DNA from: Raillietiella orientalis
Taxonomy: Eukaryota
NCBI GenBank assembly: GCA_036172245.1
Contig: JAYWIR010000012.1
Coordinates: forward strand, 620,001 to 684,000
DNA length: 64,000 bases
Direction of reading: 5' to 3'
In this document: positions 23,717 through 38,589 of the stretch, piece after piece
How the letters are laid out: each line of letters starts with the position of its first letter
Position numbering within the stretch: the first letter of the stretch is position 1
Notes under the pieces: model-generated
What the model was told of the DNA's origin: nothing
The model's input: the letters and a program-made list of their open reading frames with translations, nothing else
Database searches by the model: none
Program-made: the position numbers and the translations under genes

Positions 23717-24716
23717 ATGCAGAAAAATATGCACGATATTCTAAGGAAATACGTAATTCCAGGAATTTATGAATTGTGTTCCGAAGAAAATGTTTGCACA
23801 TCAGATTCTTTCAAATCACACCTTAGGCATTCTTTACAGGTGAAAACCAAAACCTGAGGGTGCATGTTAATTTTATTACTAGGTTTTAGAGGAATGCTAT
23901 CTTATTTACTCACCATCCGAAATTTGTGTAAGTTTCAACGGAGGTAAAGACTGTACTGTTCTCTTGTATCTTGCATTGGCTGTAAGGAAAAAGATGTTCC
24001 CAGATTTGTGCATTAATATGAGGTTAATTTATTTCAAGCATGAGGATTCATTTGAGGAGGTTGAAGGTTTTATACAGAGCACAGTTGAAAGGTGTACATC
24101 TGTAAATCATTCATGTGTTTAATTATCTGTAAATAGCTTAGGATTATCTGTTTTAACACTTTCCTATCCAATGCACTCTGGCTTGGGTACTCTCAAAGAG
24201 CAGCTTCCTCATTTGAAAAGCATACTAATGGGCACAAGACGAAGTGATCCTTTCTCAAACCATTTGATACCCTTTCAGGTAAAAACTGACCGTAAGATTT
24301 TGAGATACAACATATTCCGTTCTAAATAAGCAAGAATGTATTAGAATGAATAATTAAAAAGTATTAGCACCAGATGTATTGCAAAGTGAGTAGAATAAGA
24401 AGCTAATAATTTTACAGATGACTGATCCTGATTGGCCACAATTTATGAGGGTGCACCCATTATTAGAGTGGAATTACCAAGACATTTGGAATTTTATTAG
24501 ACACTTTCAGTTACCCTATTGCTATCTTTACAACCAGGGGTAACAGCCAAACCTACCTGACAGTCTTAAATTTCTTTTTTTAGATATACTTCAATTGGTT
24601 TAAAAAGCAATACTTTCCCCAATCCTCTCCTTCGTTACTTTGATCAAGGAAAAGAATGTTTTTATCCTGCTTATTTACTTGGTGATGTAGATAGTGAGCG
24701 GATTGGTCGTCAGTAA
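23717..24716 (+). CDS. FLAD1: FAD synthase (FMN adenylyltransferase, PAPS-reductase fold), 5 exons, about 242 aa
   Basis: Exons 23717-23839, 23883-24091, 24137-24278, 24418-24539, 24584-24716. Motifs [43 protein letters not shown]...[14 protein letters not shown]...TFPNP, ERIGR. The start codon is less certain. Confidence 0.93.
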
Positions 24717-24930
24717 TTGATAAATTCGATATTTTTTTAATACCGAATTGCGCTAAAACACTAGTAAGTAAGATGTAATTTCACAGGAAATAAAATTAAA
24801 ACAAATTCCAATCTGAATTAAAAGTAAGTAGGACTCATAATCCATTTATTCTAAAAATAGATCTTTATGTAGATCTGGAGCTTTCTGTAAGATTCCACCA
24901 TCACAGTTGCAATAAATAATGTACCAACAA

Positions 24931-27900
24931 TTAACGTATGAAGCATGTCATGCACAACATTGATGCACTGATGCAGTCATCATGACAAAAGGCACCACAG
25001 TTCTTGCAAGTCACCATGGCCTTCAGACTACAATCACAATTTTTATCAGGAGCAGCACAAACTTTTGGTGTCAAAGGAATGATGCTAGGATGAAGAGACT
25101 CACTCGGCAAAACACCATTGGTTAATGGAATAATGGAATCAACTCTTTTACTTGCTGCAGGGGTCAAATCCACAACTGCTGCCTCCTTAGAAGGGCTATG
25201 ACAGGCTGATGAGATCCCAGTGGTAGTACTGGGTATATCTGTGTGTAGTTCGAAATTTGCATATGGTTCACTGCTTGGTATGTTTTGGTCTTGAGACACA
25301 GTATATGATGACTGTTGCTGGGGAAAACATTCTGGAAGATGAGGGGATGGAAGAGCCAGTTCTGCATGTGGAGGCAAATTCTGCGTGATCATGCCACCAG
25401 AGATGGGAAACATACAGTTAGGAGGCGCACTAGCAGCACGAGGATAGCTGGAAGGGGACTGTGCTGCATACGAAAGTGTGTGCCCTAGCAAATGAATTCC
25501 TTGATTGGCTAAGGTCCCCCCACTACCTCTACGAAGGATGATAGCCTGGCGATATCGCTGGTTTTGTAACTGTGTGGCTGTGATTGTGTTTGTGGGATTT
25601 GTGAGTGCACTACTTGGATAAATGCTAGGTGTATTAGTGGGAGAATGGTGTGCCCAAGGGTATCCATTCATAACAGGCTGTGCACAATCATGAATTTGCA
25701 ATTGTGCAGTTGCTTGAATAGGAGCTCTAGTAGGAGGGTCTAAATGTAACGAAAAAGGACCAGGATTAGGAAATATCACAGATTCACAATGCTTAGAGGG
25801 AAGTACCGAAGGCATGGGTTGTGACAGTTTCTGGGGCTCTGTTCTAACTGGCTTCCCATTCTCTGTCTTGCCATCGGGGGATTCTTTTTGACCATGAGTT
25901 GCAAGAAGCTCTGGAAGAGATATGAGCTGACTCTGCAAGTATTCTCGATTGGCACTCTTCTCGATAACAGCTTGGCAAATTTGGTGAGAGCGTTGTAAAT
26001 TCACTTCTCCTCGAATATTTCCACCAGCTGATCCACATAATGTTTTCTTAGAAAAACAAATATATACATATATAAATAAATAAATAGTTGCACACACACA
26101 CAGAAGAATAGTGAAAGTATTCAACCTACTTTTTTAATTGAAGATCTTGAATTTGTACTTCCAAGAAAAGTGACCATTGGAGGTTGCAGAAAAGTGCGCT
26201 CCTGTGGTTTGCTGAATGATGTTGCTTGTTCCACTAATTGTGTGCAAGAGTTATCAGGAGGATCCACCACAGTATCCATGCTTGCATCTATAGGGGGTGT
26301 TCTGTCATCTGGGGACTGCTGTTCTTTCAGAGATGAATCTTGTGCATCATCTGAAGAAGGCAATTCAAGTATTGATGGTTGCGGTTCAGGAGAAGAAATG
26401 CTTGTTGCATCTAAAGACTCTGGATTACTAGATGCATTTTCAGCAATCTCTATGCAATGCTCAGCATCAGCCAGTTGAATTACAGTTTCTGTCTCTGGCA
26501 CTTCTGCTTCTCCAGAATAAGGATTTTCTAATTCAGCTTCTGAAAAACCATATTAGAACATTATTTATTCGAAGCATGCAACTCAAATAACCTTCATCCT
26601 TAAATATGTATTTGCTACATTAAGCAGCCTATTATTTTTTGCAACTAAGCATTAATTTATTAAGGAATACATTAGCCTTTAAGTCACTTACAGTTACAAA
26701 TTCTTTGAAATATGTATACTATATAGAACAGAATCTTTTGATCAAAGAAAAATTTAAATATGTATCATAATGAATTTATAAATAATTGAGATAAAAGCCA
26801 TTAAATCGTACCAAGAGAAGGCACACTTGGAGCTGCTTCTTGTGATACTTGAGTTGGTGGACTATCTAATGGGAATAAATCTTCTGATGGAGATAAACAA
26901 GGAGGAAGTTCCTCTGCTGAGCTACCCTCTGTTTCATCAGCCATTAGCAAGTTGTTAGATGGAGATTTTGAAAAAGAGGAATATGCTAAAGAAAAGTGTG
27001 GGAGCTCATTTTCTAAATTGCAGTTTTCAACTCGGTCAAACTTTCTTGCAATTTCACCAGGAGACAACGTTTTCAAACCCCATATTGGCTCAAAGTATTT
27101 CAGCTAAAACACATTCTAATAAAAGAATTGAGTTTGCTTATTTTACCTTCCATGGATCTAACTTAGCTCTTTCTTTTTCTGATTCCAGGATGTATTTCTG
27201 CTTACTTTCTGGAGTAAACTCTCCTCTTCCCAACCTTTCTTGCCAGTCTTGACAAGCACGAGTAAAGAATTCATTATTAATAGCTGAGCTGCTTAAACTA
27301 AAAAAAAAAAAAACACACACAAAAAGTAACAATAAAAATAATAATAACGACAATGACAAGAATCAGACATATAAAACTGCATCCCTTACGCCTTCATATA
27401 TGATTTCATTGGAGTCTGTATGGCATCCAAAAAATATGGGTACCAAATTGCTTTGATAAGCTTTAAGTAGAATTCTCGGTAAAATCAATAAGAAAAAACA
27501 ATGATGAACACACTTTTTTCGATTTTGGTACCGTTAATCTGTTTTATCTCATGCTTTGACCAAATATAGTATTTTCAAAATTTGGTGAACTTGAAAAATC
27601 ACTATTTTTTAACATTAGCACCACTAAATTTTAAAATTTTGCGATCCTTTCCTCCGCATTATGAAAACATTAAAAAAAAAAAAAACTGATTTAGGGAAAT
27701 GGATAGGCAAAAAATTTTTTTTTTAATGTATAGCACCATGAAATAAAAAAAAAATTTTTTTTTTTAACATGTTCTGGGAATATTTAGATGCAACAGAAAA
27801 ACTGTTCAGAATTTTTACTACAACGATGTTTTTCGATGCTCATGATTCTATTTTGCTAGATCATTCAAGTAATTGTTCATACAATCAAATGGCTTAAGCA

Positions 27901-30900
27901 CAGGAACTGAATTCTAATAATCCACACATGTAGAGAATTACAAAATAGTTTTTATTTTGCAATTCTCTACATGTTATGATGCAATGCCAAATTTTTGTTG
28001 TTACAAATTAATCAGTAATCTATGTTATAAAGTAACTCTTTGAAAGCCAAGTGAATTGGAAAACCAGGAGTAAAAATGACATAAGAATCACTGCACCAAA
28101 TTTCATCATTAGTATTGGCAAAACCAGAATTCAGCAATAGCAACTGGGATGATTTCATTTCAATTTTCTCTAATGATCATCAATTATCTTATCATATTCA
28201 TGTTATTAGATCACAAAATTATGCAATATTTTCCCACAACAGCAACAATGTATTCAAAACAGAATTCTATGATTACATTATCATATATCTAGTTCAATTA
28301 AAATTAGATGACCATTCATCTCTTCTGATGCTTGAATTATAAAATAATGCTAACCCACTTTTAATAATGAAGTGTGTAACTATAGGAAATTTATCTACTG
28401 GATACATAATAAAATAAATTTAATGCAATTAGATTATCAACAGGAAAATCAATGACTTGAGAATATTGGACGCTTGTTTTTTACATCAAGTCACTAAGTG
28501 GCTATTATGGCTAGTGTAAGATCACCATCATCATCACACTTTGGAAAATGATACAATAGAATACAATTTCCAATCTGTTATTTCTTTCTACCTAACAGCC
28601 AACCAAGGATTAAAATTACAATAAACTAATCCTGATACTAACAAATTGATTAATCTGATTAAATAAAAATCATCTAATAATTTTTCAATGAAACTTATTG
28701 ACTATGTATTCCAATTATATATCGCAACAGGAAATATGATCCATCAATTTCGATTTAATTCTATCAATTCTATTAGTTCCGTATTTAAAGGCTCTTTTCA
28801 TCAATCCAATGGGAATAATATTCCACATCGAAACATCTGCACAAAAGAACCAGTGAAATACCCTGAATTTACCTATCTGAACTTTACATACCATTAACAT
28901 GCAAAATAGTCATACAGGCAAAGACAAAGTAAAGTCTTCACTTTTGCATATTATCATTTATAGTTCTGTATTCTACTAAATACTAAAATAATCCGTTAAA
29001 AACTTATCAAAGAAACTCAAAGATGGTGCTGTAAAAATAATTTGCAAATGAAACTTGTAATTTAATTACCATAATGAAATTTATGGAACCTTACCTGATG
29101 CTTCCATCATCTCCTATCACATGATCAACTTCTGGGACCAATAAAATTAATTTTTGTTGACACTCTGGAGGAAGGGAAGCAAAAGTGTCTAAATTTATTA
29201 ATTCTTTTAAGTTGGTTAACAGCAAAATGGAATTTGGAGTCACAAGATCAATGCATCCTTTTTGAGTATCAGCTAGCTGCGCTGCTGTAGATAATTTCCT
29301 TCGTTTTTTTGGTGCTAGATCATTAATATCTTTTCTATGTTTTCTTTTTTTTTTCAGTATCTTTCTTAAATTGCCAATTGAAAGAATCTCCCCATTCACA
29401 GATGAGTCGCATATTTCTAAAAAAACAAAGACAGATATTTTTTTTGTGTGAAACTAAGAAATTATAACATCTAAGTAAAAATTGTATCAAAACATCTAGT
29501 TTTTTGTTTTTATGAAAGTACATTAACAAAATTTTCTCTCAATTTACACTCACTAATAATAAAAGCAAACAAAGTCTGAAATTTGTATTCAAATCACTGA
29601 ACAGTCATCTTTAGGAACGAGCTACACGATTTCAAATAATGTGTGATTACCAAATGGTGTATCTAAAACTATTCATGCCATGCTTCCAAATCATTCAAAT
29701 ACTTCTAAACAATGGTCAAATTTTCAAAAATCCAATATTGACAAAACGCAATTTACAGCTATTGCTCGCAGTGAATGAAAATACCCATATCATCACTATT
29801 TTCCACCCATGATCTCATTAGTATTTATGCCTGTATCATTATCAATATTTCGTTTAATTCTGGAAAAAAACTAAACCGCCTGCATCAAACTTCGATTTCT
29901 TATAGGTAGTATTTATATTATTAGTGTATAAAATGTGGCTTGAACAACTGTGAAGTTTGCAGACTGACTAAATCCATCTACTCCTCCCTTCTACTACATC
30001 ATGAAAGTTAAGCTACAGTTTTAATTAGTAGAAAATTTACTAAAATGGAACCACATCTTGCATTGAGATAATATTTCTAACTCACTAACTGTATTGGTTT
30101 TGCTTTCAGATTTGTCAAAAAGAGTTTTCAATTTTTAAACTATGTATTTTTGAAAGTCATAGGGCTTCATGACATCACAAATCAGTCTACAGCCAAAAAG
30201 CTACTGATCATATGTGTACTCTCAACATAGGCCAATCAGTCTCAAATTTGAAGGATGCAAGGAAAAAATCATACATTTTCTGATTATATACCGCAATACT
30301 CGCCAACCCATGACAGGAGAGGGGCAAGCACCCAGTCCATTTCCAAAAAGTAGTTTAATACTGGCCACCAGATAAGTTTAATTATCAGACATTAGGCTAA
30401 TAAAAACAGATTTTTATTTGAATGCAAGAGAGAAATACTACATATTGCAGGGGAGAGGATAATCAAAATCTTTTCCAATTTCAGGACAAATTAAGAAGCA
30501 CAAGGTAATAAATGAATAAAATTGACATTTGTGGTAATCAGTGTTTTGAACTGACTCATTTTAATAACATTCTCACACAAATGCTGCGACAAAGAAGAGT
30601 AGAACATGGTCTTGTAAGAGAAAAGCAGCTTAATGCTACCTCACTAAACGAATTATTATGAAGATCAACTTCAGAAGTAATAGCAAAAAATTACAAGTCA
30701 ATTTTAGTTTCTTAGCTTTATTCTTTGATGTTCTGTAATAAGAATGACTGGAGCAAAAACCTTCATTCAGATATTTAAGCCTTCCAAAAAAAGGGAACCC
30801 TGAACTATTACATTACCCTATAATCATATCTTTTTCTTTAGCACTAGGCTAACATGATAACTTCACTATCATGCCAATATCTCCACCAAATGATGCTTTA

Positions 30901-33900
30901 AATTTTCAAATATAGATAACACTGTACACCAAAAACCAGCACCAAACTCTTATTTTCTTTTGGGAAATTAATATTCCTTTCTGTCCACTCAGGAATCCAT
31001 TATGAATACACAGCCTTCACTGATTCAAATAGGAATCTCAATTCCCATCTCTAATAAAGTTTTTGCTTCAAATGGCAAAATGCGAAATGATTTATTTTTC
31101 AAATTCACACAATGGTCAGATAAAAAGCATAAATGCATTCATGATTCCACATATTCAGCATATCAATGAAATATAAACAACAACTTTCATTGAATCCTCA
31201 AATCATTTCTTCAATCAGGTATTTAAAATTTTGCTTTGGACTTTGAATTTCAATAATTTCTCATTCACTTTTAAACAAAATACAATGTATTAAATCTAAT
31301 ACTTCTCAACATCAATATGATTCCAGATTCATTCATATGCTTCTAGTTATACATTTCCTTGAAGTTGACTACTCCAAGAAAAAACGATTTCAAGTTTATT
31401 ATTGCTACTGTATTTTCTTAGTTAAGTTAGGTAACATATATTGCCTATTTGTCCACACATATAAATGGAACAGTATGAATACAAATGCCTAGGTGTATGA
31501 ATTCTGCCCACAAGAACAGATCTTGATTTTATTGCTTGAAAGCAGACAATCACACCCATACATCTTATTTGAAGTCCCAATCATTATTTCATATTTCATT
31601 CTTCACTACGTTTTTGCACCATGTAGAATATTACCATTTAATTTTATTTTACAAATCTTGAATTAATAAACCTATCCTAATAGGGTTCCGATTTTACTTC
31701 CTCACTATTTTGAAACTGTTTCACTAATTCCACAATTACATAAAATAGCCACAAATAATCTAAAATAAAAAAATGAACCCCATACTTCTACAAGTGCCAA
31801 ACAGTAATTCCAACATTCCGTAATTGTGTGAACATTGAAAATTAAGAAATCTTACAACATAAGTGAACAAATAATTTTCGAGTTCTTGACTGAATATTTT
31901 CGGGCATCTGCCTTATGACACATCACAATAAAACTGGTTAGAAACCAAATGATTTCTTGCTATGGCAAATAATTAAAAGAAAACACTGATGTTATTGAAT
32001 TCAATTAAAATAATATGCTGGAAAAAGAAATATAGTTCATAATATCTTTAATCAAATCCGCCTGGAAAACAGTCGGACAGACATCTGGGATGTAAATGCA
32101 ATTAAAAATCAATCAACAAATCACCAAAGATAAATAGATCTGCTTTGATGTCTAAGTACAAGACTAAGAGCAATTTAGCCAACATAAAAGGAAACTATAG
32201 TTTCAAAATGGGTGAAAGATTTATCCTTGAACACATGCAACGAATTCAAAACTAAAATGCAAAATTCCGAAACTTAACAACATTCCAAAAGTGAACCCGA
32301 TTTTTTTTTTTTTGGTGGTTATGTGACTTTGCATTCAGTTTCTTTATTCTGTTTGCAATTAATTTAACAGCTCATGGTTCTTTATGGAAAACCTGATGCA
32401 AATAATTCCTCCAGCCTTATCTAATGTACCTTACTTACATCTTTTCAAGCTAATGTAACGCTTTTCAAAATTCTGCAAAACTCTTCTATTCAGTGCCTTA
32501 TAGTTACAGCTTGGTAACCACATAACACACATAAGAAAGCTACCATACTTTGGTAAAAGCCATTTTGTAGCAAAAATTTCCAAGCTAAAGCTTGTTCTAG
32601 ACAACTGGTAACATGAATACTGCACACTCCACCTAAAGTACTGATTTTTTTTTTGACCTCCATCAATGGCGATATTTGTTTTCTGCTTCATATTCATTCT
32701 GTACAACATCATAAATGATCATGTTTTTTGATACAAATGATGAATAGCTTAATGTTATGCTGAAAAGTATTTGGATTTCCTTGATTTTATCTTGGTAAAT
32801 GCAAAACAAGATGCCAATAAATGAAAATGTGCAGTCCTAGTTGCATGAAGCTGCACTTGAATAACTGGTAAGTATTTTAACAATCACAAATTTTCAGAAA
32901 ATGATAAATCCTTCACTTTGGAACAGAAGAAAACATCATAAATATGTACATATGTTTGAAACAAACATTTAGTGTTCGGAGAAACTTAAATTCTCATGTA
33001 ATTTCAGTTCAAGGAAATATGCTATTCGATTTTAAAAAACACCTTGACTTTTTGCAAAATGAAAAATACTAATTTACAAGGAAACATCAAAAAAAAACAA
33101 GCAATGCACTTTCACTAATCTACAATACACTGATCTGGGTTCACACTACTACAGAGCCTGTCAACTCAGGTTGATTTTTTGTGCTCCACTAACTGTAAAT
33201 TCTGACAGAAGATTGAGCAAGACCACTGATGCACAGAAAAATATAGCAAGGATTACTGAACAGTATTCAAAACTTGTACATCTAAGAAAAAATTACGTTT
33301 GGACTATAACAAGCATAGAAACTTCGTAACAGAAAACTGATGTTCTAATTATGAAGATATAATGGTATTAGGATTTGGATTAAAAAATGCAAAGTACAGC
33401 ATGACAAGTTCTCTACTTTTCAATTTGATGTACTGCTTGATACTTATGAACAACTGGAATACATGAAGGATGAAAACTACACATATTACACACATGTTAA
33501 TGTTTAAAAGCAATGACTCAATCAGACCATTATGTTTTTCAAAATAACATTGACATTCTTGGCATAGAAAGCGAAAAAAATAAAATACAACTTAAAGTTA
33601 GTTGGTTGCTTTGAAAGATACATAGATCTGCCATTAAAACAAAACAAATTCACAAACACTATTATTTAATAACGTTGAACTTGAATGTTCTATGGAATGC
33701 TTAACCAATGCTCAAATTTTGTCACTTATAAACAGAAGGCATGACTATTCATAAAACTTGAGCCCTTTCCAGATTTTTTTTTTCTAATTATTTCTTTGCA
33801 GACCTGCCATTTTAACATCTCACTCATTCCCCAAATTACCATAATTTTACTTGACATGCTTTGTCCACATGAATTTGTATACGCAGAAGATTTTAAACTA

Positions 33901-35233
33901 TGAAAAGAAAATACAATTAGAGGATCAAAACTCTCAAAAACAGATTTTCGTATTTGGCCAAGATGATCAGTGTGATAGCAATGTCTATTTAAATGGAAAC
34001 AGTATGATGATGTGATGTCTTGCAGTTCTTGCTCATGCTCTTTCTAGAAATACTTAATTTAAAAACATAGATTTCATTTAATTCCTGAAACTCAGTAATC
34101 TTTTGACTACTGTTTCTAATTCTTTAAAATACTGATAGAAATGCCTACAATGAACTAAAGAATCGTATTTGTTTAATAATAAATGCATACCTAAGTTTCA
34201 TAAATTTGGATTCATTATGTCAAATACACAAGAAAAAAAAGTCCTGTTTTTTTGTTTATGGTTGTTATTCATTCAAAATTTTTGCATAAGCTTTCATGCA
34301 AATGCTTCAAATTAGGAGTCAAACACTTTTGACATGAAATATTAATATATTAAAATTTTATTCCCTACTGAATTACTAACTGGTTCAGTTGCTGCTTCAA
34401 TTTACCACATTTTACTAAAAATCTATTTACTCTGTGATTTACACTATTTTCCTTCAGACAAAAAGGGTTGGAAATAGTTTTTCAACTACTGACTAGCAAT
34501 AATGGCTGATAAATTCCACTACTGCCTTCTATAATATAAATATGCTAGTAGCAAACATCAAGGCATTTCCTCTGAATGACACAAGCAATTAAATACACTC
34601 ATATCTGCCTGTACAAACATATGCTCGAGCATTAGTTAACTATAAAAAGCCAAAAATCATCATTTAGCAAACACTTCCATAGGGTTTTTCTTTTACGTAT
34701 ACATAAATAAGCGAATTTCTTTCCTAATTGGGTTCTTGAGTTTGCAGCTATCTCCTTGACATGGCATGAAAACATCACAAGCATAATAAAATTAATGTGA
34801 ATGTATGCATTTCTACATGACTTGTATATGCGGAAATGAGATTGAAGAGATTTATTTATTCAAGAGATTATGTTATCAAACATCAATATTTTGATTTATT
34901 AGAGAAATAAACTCTACTGAAGATTTGAGAAATAAATTATTATTCAAATGATTACCTGACAACTCCAAAATCATAAATATAAACGATTGCAATAGTTAAA
35001 CAAGATTCCCATGATATGCAACAAGGTAAAGATACATTTGAAAAATCATTGCAGATTAAATATTGTGCAAATGCTTTTCTGTTACCATTCTTAAATCTGT
35101 TAACTGTTAACTATCATGCTGTTAACATTATGACATTATTGAAGCAATATAAAAGAAGATGGACATTATTTACATAAATATGAATTAGGAACTCACCAAT
35201 TCGTTTAATTTTGACTACTGCATCCATATCCAT
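24931..35233 (-). CDS. Asx: Polycomb/PR-DUB protein Additional sex combs (ASXL family), about 775 aa
   Basis: Exons (minus) 35197-35233 (tentative first coding exon: [18 protein letters not shown] donor, phase-compatible, upstream in-frame stop), 29095-29416, 27147-27297, 26812-27103, 26130-26539, 24931-26046. DEUBAD domain [20 protein letters not shown]...[17 protein letters not shown]...[27 protein letters not shown]...[14 protein letters not shown]-terminal [35 protein letters not shown]. Confidence 0.92.
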
Positions 35234-38200
35234 GACATATTTACTGTCATGGTTTCAGTATTCTCCTACTCCAACTTCATCTCAGTTGCATGAGTTTTTA
35301 CTTACATAAGTTATTACAAAACAAAACCTTTAGTTTCAAGATTTTCAAAGGTATTACATCTCCAAAATGTCAAGCATCTTGAGAACATGTGCATGACCAC
35401 GTTGTAAGATTTTGGTTTGATAGAAAAAAAAACCCTGGAAATTCAACTATGATGGATGACATTAATTATCTTTGATTTCTAGCATTGCTTATTCAACATC
35501 CACATGCTTTGCAAAATCTACTAATATCTCAACTGTGCTAAAACCAATGATAATCTAGGTGCTTTGGTTCCAAACATATACAAGTTTTAGAAATTTTTGG
35601 AGACAGAGCACTAGAAATTTAATTTCTGAGTTTGGCAATATATCAAAACATGAAAGAACTGCAGTAAGAAAAATAATAAAATTGTCATTTGAATAATGAA
35701 CATGTCATTTCGAAATAACTAGGATTCCATGTGCATTCAAGTTCACTGAAATTATAACAAACAACTTCCCAGAACAGTTTAGTTTTACAATGCAGTGAAT
35801 AAGCTGTTCTGAACAAATAAACAGGTAATATGCCTTTCAATACTCCAAACACAAACCATCGGAACTTTTAAAAAACTGTGTACTCAGTAGCAAGCATACA
35901 ATTTTCTTCTGCTATAACTTCAGCACGTTTTCTTCAGGTGTACATCGACCAATAAGCTACTATTTTTTATCTGAGTTTCATATATATATATATATATTCT
36001 TGATGCAGTTTACATCGATATTACAAATATCTGCTCGAATATGAAGAAATGCACACTTATGCAGGTTTGGCAATCAACACGAAAAGTTCATGCCTATTCT
36101 GAAACTCCTTACACAAAAGAATCATAATTTTTACAAATAATGTGCTACTTTGGTGGCAACGATTCTCTTATATCACGGAAAACCTATCAGACATTTGATT
36201 ACTCAGATCGTAACTTTTTATAATGCCGAAAAATGTTTTCAAAGTAACATAAATATTGTGTTTATTTCCGCAAGGCTTTAATTGAATGGCCAAGTTATGA
36301 TCCACTTTGGTTTCTCCACGCCACAAAATATTCGACAAAGTACGTGTTAAAAAATTATTTACAAAAAAAGTAATGGAAACTTGAACTTTCAGATTAAATC
36401 TGCATATTATAATGATATCATAAATTCAATTTGTTAATTAAAAAAGAAACGACTCTTAATCGACAAGTCTCACATAAAACACGCAAATCGTTACACAGGG
36501 GTCACGTACGAAACAGTAGCTTAACCTTTTTCAAACACATGTACCCTGCTGTAATACGCTTATAAAACAGTTAACACCAACAATAAGTACACACGTTGCA
36601 ACATATACACAAACAAATGTACGTATGCAGGCACCAATAATAAGCACAGAGAATCCTAATTCGTCTATGAAAAATCATTCAGCAGAAAATTTCACTCAAT
36701 CTGAATCATTGCTGAAAACAAACTTAAGGATTTCAGTATCGACTTGAATAAACCAGGCCAAACACATATTATAATTGAGGGAACAGAAAATTTACTCTTG
36801 CTACCAAGTACCTTACAACTATGCTGGCTTTAAAGGTTTTCAGAATTAAAAAATCCATTATAATCAAAATTTACCTATCGAGAATAACTGCGCAATATGG
36901 CGCAATGCAAAACAGAGGATTCTTTCGCTAATGGAACACAAAATTTTTGAAATAAGCAATTAGATGGATCTTTAAGGCATTACGAAGAAGGGAAAAGAAG
37001 TCACTACTCGAGAAATTTAATCTTGAAACAAATTCACTGCTGGAATTCAATAGGGTATTGGAAATGGACATGAGGACACTACCTACTGAATCTGCTTCCA
37101 CATTGAACAAACAGCAAGTTATACAATAATTTTAGAAGGTCGCATTGTTAATTTGAAAAATTATGATTGTGTTGTTACTTGATGATTTTGTTCATATCAA
37201 AAGGTAAATTCCATAAGAAATAATTCCGATAACTAATGGCTAAGTATCGTTACACACTAGGAAACAACCGTGCTAAATTCTCCAAAAACTTTAAATCAAT
37301 AAAGCATTAAATAAAGTTTGTTAGATAACCATTTATTACAAGTGCATTACTTGAAGAATTCTTTATTGATAACTCCCTCATTTTCGCTCATACATCCAAA
37401 CGAGTATACATTTCTATGTACGAAGTTTAATAATGGATGATGGACAATTGCGAGCTTTTAAGTTATCTCTATCATATACTCTATTTCTTCAAAAGTTCCT
37501 CACTGATGTCTGCTGCTTTGGAATTCGGCTATGAACGGTGAAGAAACTTTTCACTTGTACATACTTCAGCTTGGAGATCACATTGCATGATTCCTACTGG
37601 CAAACTATTTTCTCAAGTTCGTCTGAAATATCACAATAGAAAGGATCCTCAGATTGTTCGTAATTTTTACCAACTAAATACATTCTTTATTTGAATACTC
37701 AGAATGCAAAAGAAATAACGGGAACTTATGGCACCATAGAACGCTCTCTCTGAAAGGTAAGCAAAGTAGCAAGAGGCTCTTGTAAAATACGAGCATCCTA
37801 CGATTGGCTACATGCTGAAAGGAATCACCTTTAGCTTCAGAATAAAAACATAAATATGTTATATAAAAATCACATACGATACAAAGAACGAAGAGGCACT
37901 CTGTCATTTGGAGAAATCACCAGCAGAAAACACTAAAATGAGCTTCTGGCTTTGATTACTTATTAGCGTGATCTCAAAGAAAACTTGATTTCATGTTTGC
38001 TTGCAAAAGATTCGGAAAGAATGATTATTATATTCTGTATTGATATCGCTATTGGACTAATGCAAAAAGTGTTAAGGTCATACTTTCGAGCCCATATTTC
38101 AAGAAACGTGTTAAAAAGGCTTAAGAATCTAGAAATATTGCTGTTCAACAGGTTTTTGTTTGAAAATCCATGATCACAATAGAAAATGTGTGTTATGTCG

Positions 38201-38589
38201 ATACTCAATTACAAACAGTTGAACAATTAAAAAGAAATCTTGACGGTCAAAGTACTTATTGACACTGGACCATGCTATCTTAAAGAATTCTGGAAGACGT
38301 GACTACTTCCATATAAAGATACCCTTAGCTGTGCGCAAAGAAAAAAAACTAAATACAGGCAGGCCACAGTTAGTGCGAATTCGCCTTCGTGAGAATTTTT
38401 TCAAAAATACAGAATAAGTGTTTCGTCCACACCAGAATTCAATTAATGCAGCTGATGCGCGCGTAATTAAAGGTGCCAGGTTCTCGTTACGAGTGTTACA
38501 TGCTTCCACTTCATCTTTGCATATGTGATGCTGCCTGTTGTGATATTCACTACTTTTCGTGATTTGCCTTAACTGTTGTAGAAACTTAC

